Translations under genes and position numbers: made by a program
NCBI GenBank assembly: GCA_019058365.1
Contig: JAHPZE010000001.1
Coordinates: 288,001-352,000 of the forward strand
Direction: 5' to 3'
DNA: 64,000 nt
DNA from: Promethearchaeota archaeon
Lineage (GTDB): Archaea > Asgardarchaeota > Lokiarchaeia > Sigyniarchaeales > SOKP01
The notes under the pieces: generated by a model
Told to the model about the DNA's origin: nothing
The model's input: the letters and a program-made list of their open reading frames with translations, nothing else
Databases searched by the model: none
In this document: positions 51,719 through 60,572 of the stretch, one piece after another
How positions within the stretch are numbered: position 1 is the first letter of the stretch
Layout of the letters: the number at the start of each line of letters is the position of its first letter

Positions 51719-53032
51719 TTAATGCGTTGCACATGATATGCAAGGATCAAAGGCTCTAATTATCCTCTGAACACTATTTTTCACTAAATTAATATCTCCT
51801 GTTCTTTCAAATAATACTTTTGCATAATTCGTAATCATTTCATTTATTAGTGGAATATTAAACTCAGTTGCTACAAATAATTTTATACGATCAATAGAAT
51901 TATGATTATTTACATAATAATGATGTAAAAGTGTCCCTCTGGGGGCCTCAATAACACCGATCCCATCAATTTTTTTTACGGAGTTCAGAGAGGAGATTTC
52001 TTGTTTAACAGTTAAATTATGATCATCTAAAATTTGTATACTCTGGACACTTTCTATATACATTTCTAATAATCTAATAAAATTAGCAAATAGAATATTA
52101 TTTTTCCATGGTTTATCAAAATATTCTAGATAAGTCTGAATTTCATCTGTACCATAATTCTCGTTAATATTGTATCTGGTTAAAGGTCCTACTATAACAT
52201 TTTTTTTATTATCAAAGTAAAAGTCTATTCCACGTAATTCAGGCTCCTTTCCAAAATAGGAAGAATAATTCTGCTTTTCAAATTCTATCATATTTCTATT
52301 AGTTTCTTTCAATGATAACCTACCTGAATATCGATTATAATTTCTTAAATTCGAGAGACCGAGATAAATGAGATTTGGAGCATCGAATTCTTTAGGTGGT
52401 AATTGATGAGAAAATAATTCAATAAATTTTTCAATGATCCATTCCAAACTGATTAAAGCATTTTGAAATCTTTTTTTAGCTATTGATATATCCTTTTTGG
52501 AAGGAGAGTAAATAATTCCTCCAGGAATAAGTGAAATTAAATGAATTGATCTACCCCCAAACAAATTATTAATTTCATTTCCAATTTTAATTAGTTCATA
52601 TATATTTGAAGTTATTTGAGGGTCGTAATTAATTAAATCATAAGCAGTTGTAGTTTTCTGACTAATATTAAAAATATTTAATAGATCTGGTAATGTTTGG
52701 AAAAAGAAACTCATAGAATGTGATTTGATTAATTCTCCAGTCATTAAAATGCGCCTTAAGAGTTTTGCTTGTTCTGAAACCTTAATATTATATATATCCT
52801 CAATTGCTTTACAACTCGCGATTGCTTGAGAAGCATAACATAATCCACATATCCTAGGAACTATTTTTGGAATATCTAATAATTTCTTTCCAATTAAGAA
52901 ATTTTCAAAACCTCTATAAATTTTAAATTCAAAATTTACTAACGAAATTTCATCATTTTGAACTAAAATTTTTATTTCCCCATGCCCTTCAACACGTTTA
53001 CAAACATCAATGACTTTTAACATTTTTTTCAC
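51719..53032 (-). CDS. mvhA: Group 3 [NiFe]-hydrogenase large subunit (MvhA-like), lacking the C-terminal extension
   Basis: RVEGHG, RGFE, PRICGLCYASQ, EAPRGTLLHHY, RAFDPCISCATH-stop. Confidence 0.9.
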   Translation of the reverse strand: MKKMLKVIDVCKRVEGHGEIKILVQNDEISLVNFEFKIYRGFENFLIGKKLLDIPKIVPRICGLCYASQAIASCKAIEDIYNIKVSEQAKLLRRILMTGELIKSHSMSFFFQTLPDLLNIFNISQKTTTAYDLINYDPQITSNIYELIKIGNEINNLFGGRSIHLISLIPGGIIYSPSKKDISIAKKRFQNALISLEWIIEKFIELFSHQLPPKEFDAPNLIYLGLSNLRNYNRYSGRLSLKETNRNMIEFEKQNYSSYFGKEPELRGIDFYFDNKKNVIVGPLTRYNINENYGTDEIQTYLEYFDKPWKNNILFANFIRLLEMYIESVQSIQILDDHNLTVKQEISSLNSVKKIDGIGVIEAPRGTLLHHYYVNNHNSIDRIKLFVATEFNIPLINEMITNYAKVLFERTGDINLVKNSVQRIIRAFDPCISCATH

Positions 53033-53787
53033 CCTTCCAATTTTGGTTTCGAGAATCGGTAAAAAATACCAGTGTAGTTTTTGAGTTCTTCAGATAAATT
53101 TATTAAACTCAAATAGTTAACAAGGTTAGAAGTAAAATCTTTTGATACTGGTCCTATACATCCTTCACAGGGAAGTCCCATCTTAATACACATATGTTCA
53201 CACCCATCTCGTATAATAGGTCCTAAACATAAAATACCCTTTGCTAAAAAACATTCAGAGTTTTCCTCATCAAGTTTAATCTCTTCTGGATTTGGTGTAA
53301 TTTTTGAGATATTTATATTTGAATTTATTTCCATGTTCCCTCTTAATGGGCAACTACCACACATATTTTTTTCAGAGAGTTCTATTTCTTTATTTTCAAC
53401 CAATCTAATTAGACAATTACCAAAAAGTTTCATAGGTGGTGGACAACCTGGAATGATACCATCAATTTCAATATATCTTGAAATTGGTTCTGTCATTTTT
53501 ATATCTGATAGGCTTAAAATTCCTCCAAAACAAGCACAAGTTCCTAATGCATATATTTTTTTAGCTTGTTTTCGGATTTTTCGAAGGATAGGTATTTGAT
53601 CATCTTCAGAAACACATCCTTCAATTAAACAAACATCACAATCTTCAATATCCATTACATCGGAAATAAATTGAAAGTAAATTACTTTAGTACGTTCAAG
53701 GAATTGTGGAAAAATATCTAACGATATAAGAGAAGAGATGCATCCACTACAAGATGTTAAAGATATTATTGCAAATTTACGTTTCAA
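53029..53787 (-). CDS. mvhG: [NiFe]-hydrogenase small subunit (MvhG-like)
   Basis: SCSGC, GTCACFGG, PGCPP, CGSCP, CLGP..GC..C..PCEGC; TTG start at 53787 after GGAGG; GTGA overlap with mvhA. Confidence 0.88.
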   Translation of the reverse strand: MKRKFAIISLTSCSGCISSLISLDIFPQFLERTKVIYFQFISDVMDIEDCDVCLIEGCVSEDDQIPILRKIRKQAKKIYALGTCACFGGILSLSDIKMTEPISRYIEIDGIIPGCPPPMKLFGNCLIRLVENKEIELSEKNMCGSCPLRGNMEINSNINISKITPNPEEIKLDEENSECFLAKGILCLGPIIRDGCEHMCIKMGLPCEGCIGPVSKDFTSNLVNYLSLINLSEELKNYTGIFYRFSKPKLEG

Positions 53788-56326
53788 ATTTAACCTCCTC
53801 CAATAATTTATTATAAAATTTATTAGCAACCTCAGCAAACTTGTTCCCTTCAACAGCATTCAAATGTTTAAGAATTATTCGCTCACGGTATTTTGTCGGG
53901 ATAATATTTTTTAATATCAATATTTTTTTTTCTACTTTCTCTACTCCATCAATATATCGACACGCATTTTTTCTACAACCAATTATCATCACTCCATCAA
54001 AACCTAACTCAAACGATTTAATTATGAAATTCGTATCTATGCGACCAGTGCAAGGAACACTTAAAATAAAGATATTTGGATTATATGAGATCTTCTTAAG
54101 ACCCGCATCATCTGCAGCAGCATAACCACAAGAACGACAACAAAAGGCAATAATTTTAGGTTGTTTTCTAAATTTCGAAAAAATTTCAATTGATTTTAAA
54201 ATCTTCTCAGAATTATCTATGTTTAAATCTATCGCATTAGTGGGACAAATACTAGCGCATGTACCACATCCCTTACATTTAAATTTATCTATATTTACTT
54301 TTTCTGATTCTATTGTAATTGCATTGTAAGGACAAATTTTAGAACACAATCCACATAAGCCACACTTGTTATCATCGATTTCGATTCCACTAAACTCCGC
54401 TATCAAATAATCATTAGAGAGTAATGAAATGATTTTAATCGCTGTATTATTAGCTGTTGAAATCGTAGAATTATAATCTAATGGACCAAATATAGTTCCA
54501 ACCCCATATATTCCAGATGCTAATGTCTCTTCACTCATAAAACCATAATCATCTAATGTAAAATCCATTGTTTTTCGAAATGCTTTTAAGTCTTTATTTG
54601 GTACTAAAGTTTGATTTAACACTATTAAGTCACTTGGATATTCTTTTGAATCGACTTTTACTATCTTTTGATCGTTTTTTTCAACAATTTTTACTTTATT
54701 AGAATAATGTATCCTAGAATCCATGGATCTTAGTGTAAAGTCGTCTGCTTTTTTTATCTTACTTAAATCGTAAAAAATATTGACTTTACAATCAGGATTT
54801 TTTACTTCAACATAATTTAAATATTTTAAAGCAAGGATATCTTGAAGTTTATGTTGATGATCAGGGTGTCCAGCATATTGAATAATCGAAATCGTCTTTG
54901 GAGGCGTTTTATCAGAAATTTTTACTATTTTACCTTCTGTGAAGCCATCAGAAGATAACATTCTTTCAAACTCCGATGATGTAATGATATCATTTTGTGG
55001 GTTATAACAATATTCATCTAAATCTGTAAAAAGATCAGAACCGATAGCTATAACTTTAGTACCTACCTTAATTTCAATTTTTTCTGGTTTTTGTGTCAAA
55101 TCTATTGCTTTATTAACGCATGCACGTTCACAAATTCTGCAATTAAGACAATTCTTAATATCTGATTCATCAATTAAAGGAACATAGGGAAAAGAATGAA
55201 TAAATGGGATATAAATAATTTTTCTATTATTTAATCCAAATTCATATTGATTTTGTTTTTCAATACTGCATACTTTTATGCATTGTTTACAACCAGTACA
55301 TTTCTTTGTATCTACATATCGCGGTTTTTTAATCAAATTAAGAGTAAAATTTCCGACTTCTCCTGAAACACTTTCTATTTCAGTATTAGTAAGTACTTTT
55401 ACATTTTTTTCATTCACCAACTCACCTATTAATTCTGAAATGAAGCATATAGAACAATCGCCCATATTATGTATTCGATCCCATCGGGCTACTTTACCTC
55501 CCAAAGTTGGTGATTTCTCAATAACATATACTTTTATTCCAGCTCGAGCTAAGTTTAATGCAAGTGTTATACCCGCTATTCCACCTCCTAAAATTGCAGC
55601 ACTTTTTTCAATTTCAACTCTCTTAATTTTTACTTTTTTTTGAAGACTAACGCGTTCAACTGCTGCTTCAATTAATAATTTTGCCTTTTCTAATGAAAGA
55701 GAGGGATCGATTTGATTAATTTCGAATTGATGTACCCAACAACATTGTTCTCTAATATTTGCTATTTCTATATTCACATGTTCAATGACACCATCAAAAA
55801 TTCGCTTAAAAAGATGCTGATGAGTTTTTGGAGAGCAAGCAGCTATTACAATCTTGTTTAAAAAGTTATCTTTTACCCAATGTGTAATTTTATCAAAATT
55901 TTTTTGCTGGCATAAATTTTCGAAGATTTTTACAGATACAACCTTTCTTAACTTATTTACATATTTTTCAAGAGCAGTTATATTAATTACATTTGAAATT
56001 TCTGTATTGCAATTGCAAATTATTACTCCAATTCGGCTTATTTCACTTCCCTGAGAATCTAAGTATTCATCAATATTTTCTCCTGATAAAATTCTTTTGT
56101 TGAGATTTAGTATTTTTAATATACGTTTACCATCTTCCGTAAGAAAATATGATTTTTTATCTTTATTGATTAATGTACCAATTTTTTTGAGATGGAAATT
56201 TAACTGTCCTGTAGTATCTAAACCCAATTTTTCCATTAAATCTGTATAGGGAATATAACCCTCTTTTTCTAAAAGGAGTAAGATCTTTCTTCTAAACGGA
56301 TGAGATAATATAGAATATATATCCAT
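53777..56326 (-). CDS. Winged-helix (ArsR-like) / HdrA / MvhD fusion protein
   Basis: LSHPFRRKILLLL..YTDLMEKLGL.TGQLNFHLKK..YFLTEDG; RIGVIICNC, NIREQCCWVH, GGGIAG, two ferredoxin pairs; C-terminal AFCCRSCGY..PCTGR..GC..ACRY. Confidence 0.9.
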   Translation of the reverse strand: MDIYSILSHPFRRKILLLLEKEGYIPYTDLMEKLGLDTTGQLNFHLKKIGTLINKDKKSYFLTEDGKRILKILNLNKRILSGENIDEYLDSQGSEISRIGVIICNCNTEISNVINITALEKYVNKLRKVVSVKIFENLCQQKNFDKITHWVKDNFLNKIVIAACSPKTHQHLFKRIFDGVIEHVNIEIANIREQCCWVHQFEINQIDPSLSLEKAKLLIEAAVERVSLQKKVKIKRVEIEKSAAILGGGIAGITLALNLARAGIKVYVIEKSPTLGGKVARWDRIHNMGDCSICFISELIGELVNEKNVKVLTNTEIESVSGEVGNFTLNLIKKPRYVDTKKCTGCKQCIKVCSIEKQNQYEFGLNNRKIIYIPFIHSFPYVPLIDESDIKNCLNCRICERACVNKAIDLTQKPEKIEIKVGTKVIAIGSDLFTDLDEYCYNPQNDIITSSEFERMLSSDGFTEGKIVKISDKTPPKTISIIQYAGHPDHQHKLQDILALKYLNYVEVKNPDCKVNIFYDLSKIKKADDFTLRSMDSRIHYSNKVKIVEKNDQKIVKVDSKEYPSDLIVLNQTLVPNKDLKAFRKTMDFTLDDYGFMSEETLASGIYGVGTIFGPLDYNSTISTANNTAIKIISLLSNDYLIAEFSGIEIDDNKCGLCGLCSKICPYNAITIESEKVNIDKFKCKGCGTCASICPTNAIDLNIDNSEKILKSIEIFSKFRKQPKIIAFCCRSCGYAAADDAGLKKISYNPNIFILSVPCTGRIDTNFIIKSFELGFDGVMIIGCRKNACRYIDGVEKVEKKILILKNIIPTKYRERIILKHLNAVEGNKFAEVANKFYNKLLEEVKFET

Positions 56327-56412
56327 AATTCATTTTCCTTTTTCAAATAAATTATATTATATATTTTTAATAGAAAAAATAATTTTAAATTCAAAAATAA
56401 CTATGACTATTT

Positions 56413-56588
56413 TGATAAACAAAATGATCTCTATGATAAATATCATTGTCAGAGTATATAAATATGATCCTTTTCCCATTTATAGTATTTGAAAGTAGTC
56501 AAATAAGTGTTAGAAAGATCATAGTTTTTATCATAAAAGCGATAGATCCTCTATAAGAAAATAATTATACGAAGATCAGATTCGTATA
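56413..56588. promoter_or_regulatory. Divergent promoter region with several inverted repeats
   Basis: TGATAAA-N5-TGATC at 56413 and inverted at 56517-56533; ATGATA-AA-TATCAT at 56433; TATACGAA-N7-TTCGTATA at 56566-56588. Confidence 0.5.
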
Positions 56589-56791
56589 TTAAGTCAAAAA
56601 AAGACTAAAAATTTTGTCAAATAATTAAAATTTCTCTTATCAGATTTTTTAAATTTACTTAAAATCATCATTTAATCTGAATAGCAGAAAAAAAAATGCA
56701 TTTTATTCTTTTGCAGATTTTTAGTTTTTTCAATTTCATGAATTTATTACATTATAATTAATAGTAGGTGATGTTTTACTAGGTGAATTAA

Positions 56792-58828
56792 ATGTCTGAG
56801 ATACAGACCATGGTGAGAATTGGAGTATATATCTGTAGATGAGGAGTTAATATCAGTACTTCTATCGACTGTGATCTTATTAGAGATTATGTTGAGGCCC
56901 TCCCAAACGTTATTGTTGCTAAAGTAAATGATTTTACTTGTAGCGATCCAGGACAAAAAATTATCAAAAACGATATTTTAGATTTAGACTTAAATCGAGT
57001 GGTTGTTGCAGCTTGTACACCTAAAATTCACGAATCCACCTATCGATTAGTTTTAGTTGAAGCAGGATTAAACCCATATTACTTCCAAATGGTTAATCTT
57101 CGTGAGCATTGTTCATTTACTCACTCGGGAAATAAGAGAAAAACTACTGAAAAAGCTATAAGGTTAGTGCAAGCAGGGATAAATCGTGCTAGAGAATTAG
57201 AGATAGTACCTTATAAAAAATTATCAGTAGAGAAATCGGTATTAATTATCGGTGCGGGTATTGCGGGAATGAATGCAGCATTAGATTTAGCAAATCAAGG
57301 AATAAATGTATATTTAGTCGAAAAAGAAGCTACAATTGGAGGTAAAATGGTACAATTAGATCGAATTTATCCCACAGACGATTGTGCTATATGAGTTCTA
57401 GCACCTATTATGGTTAGTACTTCAAAACATCCAAATATAACCTTATTTACTTGTAGTGAAATCATAAAATTTAGTGGCAACACTGGAAACTATAATGTTA
57501 TAATACACAAAAAAGCCCGGTATGTTAATGAAAGTAAATGCACGGGTTGTGGATTATGTACTACAAAATGTCCAATAAAGGTACCTAACGAATTTGATAG
57601 AGGTATGGGTGAACGAAGCGCAATTTACATACCTTTTCCCCAAGCAGTACCTAAGGTTGCTTTAATTGATAAGAGTGTTTGTATAGATTGCAAAAGTTGT
57701 GAAAAAATTTGTCCCGCAGAAGCTATTGACTTAGATCAAACCTCAGAATATATAGATTTAAAAGTTGGTGCAGTCATTATTGCAACGGGATGGGATGAAT
57801 ATCCAATTATGAAAAATAACGAATATAAATATGGTATTTATCTTGATGTTATTACTCAAATAGAATTGGAACGAATGTTAAGTCCAGTTGGACCAACTGG
57901 GGGTCATGTATGTAGAATTTCTGATGGAAAAATCCCAAAAACAGTCGCGATGATTCAATGCGTGGGTTCAAGATCCTTAAACGGGAATCCCTATTGCTCA
58001 GGAGTATGTTGTAATGTTGCACTTAAAAACGCTCAATTGTTAAAACATGAATATCCTGATATGGAAATTGTTATTTTTTATATAGATATGCGGACATGGG
58101 ATAAAGGAAATGAGGAATATTATAGAAAAGCGAGAGAAGCGGGGATAATGATGATTCGAGGAAAAGTAGGAGATGTAAGACAAGATCCCAACTTAAAAAA
58201 AATAAAAGTTACAGCTTCTTCAACTTTAACAAATGATTTTATTACAATGGATACCGATTTAGTTGTATTATCTACGGGAATGGTCCCCTCTAAAAAAACA
58301 ACACAAATCGTTGAGACTTTAGGAATTGCTAAAGATATAAATGGGTTTTTAACTGAAGTTCATGGATGCCTGAAACCTCAAGAGACAAATAATTTGGGTA
58401 TATATATATGTGGCTGTGCTGCTGGACCTAAAAATATCCCTTATTCCGTGTCAACTGCATTAGCTGCTGCAAGTAAAGCATCTACTTTACTCTGTAAAGA
58501 TACAATAACTCAAGAATTAATCATCGCTGAAGTAAATGAAAATTTATGTATGGGTTGCCATAGATGTGAAAAACTTTGTAATTATAATGCAATAAAAGTT
58601 AATAGAGAGAATATAGCTATAGTAGATGATTTAAAATGTAAAGGGTGCGGAGTTTGTGTATCATCATGCCCCGCTAGAGCAATTGATCTTAAATACTATA
58701 GAGATAAGCAAATTAGTGAAGAGATAAGAGGGATCTGTAGTACTGAACTTGAATATAAGGAAGAATATATTGAATCTATTGATCTTATTTGGAAAAAGAT
58801 TGAAGCATTAGCTCCTTATCAAACATAA
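56792..58828 (+). CDS. hdrA: Heterodisulfide reductase subunit A, selenoprotein with two Sec (U17, U201), 678 aa
   Basis: AGGTGA RBS then ATG 56792; TGA at 56840 in RIGVYICRUGVNI and TGA at 57392 in TDDCAIUVLAP, both at conserved Cys positions; joins ORFs 56999 and 57410 in one frame. Confidence 0.92.
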
Positions 58829-58899
58829 TCTGAAAAAGAATGATCCTCTTAAACAAATGTTAGTTGAGAGGAAACTAACCCATTGCATGGGTTTTCAGA
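58829..58899 (+). promoter_or_regulatory. SECIS-like element of hdrA
   Basis: TCTGAAAA/TTTTCAGA outer stem; ATGA at 58840; stem TCCTCTTAA/TTGAGAGGA; AAA in the loop; side hairpin CCCA-TTGCA-TGGG. Confidence 0.8.
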
Positions 58900-58935
58900 A
58901 AAATATAAAATAATAATTGATATAATTTTATATCA

Positions 58936-60066
58936 TTAATTCATATTAGTTTGATTTCTGATCTTTAAAGAAATTAATTTATTATACCAATCTAATTTCT
59001 TATTCTTCCACTCAATAGTTCTGTTAGATGGAACAATAAACTGCTCAATTATCCCTTTTGAAAGCATACTATTTATTACATTCTTACCATTATCAGTTCT
59101 AATTAATATCATAGAATATCCTTCTGGAGCTCCAGATGCCCCAACACTAATATCTGTAAATCTTCCCGTGAATTCATCACATTCATGGCAATTATTTCTT
59201 ACTGCGGGATTTAGAGTTTTCATATCGATTTCGAATTCTTTATTATCTTTTGTTTGGATAAAGAAATTCTTTTTTATCCAAGTCTTCTTAATATTAGTAG
59301 GAACTACTTCTATTTCTCTTTTTAAGATATCATATAATTTGTCATAAATAAAATTCTCAAAACAGAAAAGACCTATAATATATTTAATGACATGAGCAGG
59401 TTTAACATGTAAAAATTTCATTTTATTAACAGCCCTACATTGACAAGGAGTTCCAATAAATGCTATTCTTAGCTCGTCAATATCAAATATCTCCTTCTTT
59501 ATAAGAATTTCTTTCGGTATAGTGTATAAATTTTTTAAAGGGAATATTTGAGGAGAAATAGAATAACGTGTACCTGCTGATTTAAATAAATCCTCTTTAT
59601 CAAATATAATTTTTGGAACGGGTTTAAAATTGCGGTCAAATTCCGAAACAATAGCGGCATCAATTTTATGTTTTTCAAATAAATATGTTAGAATTGCTGA
59701 AACTACTCCTCCATCTTGTCCAACTTTTTCTAATACAGTATTTATTGCTTTAGCAGCAAGAATTTTAACAATTTTTCCAATATTATCTTCAATACAATAA
59801 ATCTCATTTAATTCTTTTAATAATACTTTAGTTTGAGGACAAATATAATAACAAACACCACATTTAGTACAGTTTTCAACACTTCTTTCTGATTTAAATT
59901 CGGGATTATATCCCTTCATTTCAATAACATCAAAACCTTGACTTTCGCAATATGCTATGCAAGCACCACATGCACAGCATTTATTACCATTAATTATTTC
60001 ATTTTTAAGATCTTCAAATGTTTTTACTTCATTTTGTAAAAGTTTCTCATAAGTTAATTCGGTCAT
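58936..60066 (-). CDS. frhB: Coenzyme F420 hydrogenase/dehydrogenase beta subunit with N-terminal ferredoxin
   Basis: GQDGGVVS, SAGTRY, GTPCQ, IGLFCFENF, CHEC, DISVG. Confidence 0.9.
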   Translation of the reverse strand: MTELTYEKLLQNEVKTFEDLKNEIINGNKCCACGACIAYCESQGFDVIEMKGYNPEFKSERSVENCTKCGVCYYICPQTKVLLKELNEIYCIEDNIGKIVKILAAKAINTVLEKVGQDGGVVSAILTYLFEKHKIDAAIVSEFDRNFKPVPKIIFDKEDLFKSAGTRYSISPQIFPLKNLYTIPKEILIKKEIFDIDELRIAFIGTPCQCRAVNKMKFLHVKPAHVIKYIIGLFCFENFIYDKLYDILKREIEVVPTNIKKTWIKKNFFIQTKDNKEFEIDMKTLNPAVRNNCHECDEFTGRFTDISVGASGAPEGYSMILIRTDNGKNVINSMLSKGIIEQFIVPSNRTIEWKNKKLDWYNKLISLKIRNQTNMN

Positions 60067-60080
60067 TACAATTCCTCTTT

Positions 60081-60572
60081 TTAATTCTTTTTATTATTAT
60101 ATTCAAATTCAAATACACCAGGTTTTTTAGGAATTCTTAATTCTCCAAATTCTTTGATTGATTTTGTAAAATTTTTAATTAATTCAGAAAATTGCCTTCC
60201 CTCACTTGCTGAAATAGAGCACAGTTCAAATCGATCTGCTTCAATTCCAAGATATTTTATTAATTTCTTTAAATGATCCATTCTAACTTGAGCATATTCA
60301 AACCCTTTCATATAATGACAATCACCCATATGGCATCCAATAATTAATACTCCATCTATTCCATTATTAAAAGCTCGTAGAATGAATGTAGGATCAACCC
60401 TACTAGAACACATGACCCTAATAATCCTAATATTTGGGGGATATTGGAACCTCGAAACACCTGCTAAGTCTGCACCAGCATAACTACACCAATTACAGCA
60501 AAAAACTAAAATATTTGGTTCAAATCCATATTTTACCTTTCTTTTTCTTTTTAACAGGAAAAATCCCCCCAA
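60081..60572 (-). CDS. mvhD: Methyl-viologen-reducing hydrogenase delta subunit (all-Cys form)
   Basis: FCCNWCSYAGADLAG, RVMCSSRV, GCHMGDCHY, ISASEG. Confidence 0.93.
   Translation of the reverse strand: MGGFFLLKRKRKVKYGFEPNILVFCCNWCSYAGADLAGVSRFQYPPNIRIIRVMCSSRVDPTFILRAFNNGIDGVLIIGCHMGDCHYMKGFEYAQVRMDHLKKLIKYLGIEADRFELCSISASEGRQFSELIKNFTKSIKEFGELRIPKKPGVFEFEYNNKKN

Noticed and set aside
56747-56956. 69-aa minus-strand ORF
   Set aside because: Antisense to the true 5' end of hdrA.
56999-58828. Two separate hdrA fragments or a pseudogene, as the ORF track suggests
   Set aside because: Both interruptions are in-frame TGA at conserved Cys positions, and a SECIS-like element follows the gene.
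60081-60572. Sec in MvhD (and in FwdB or MvhA), which are selenoproteins in other archaea
   Set aside because: These copies have Cys codons and uninterrupted frames.
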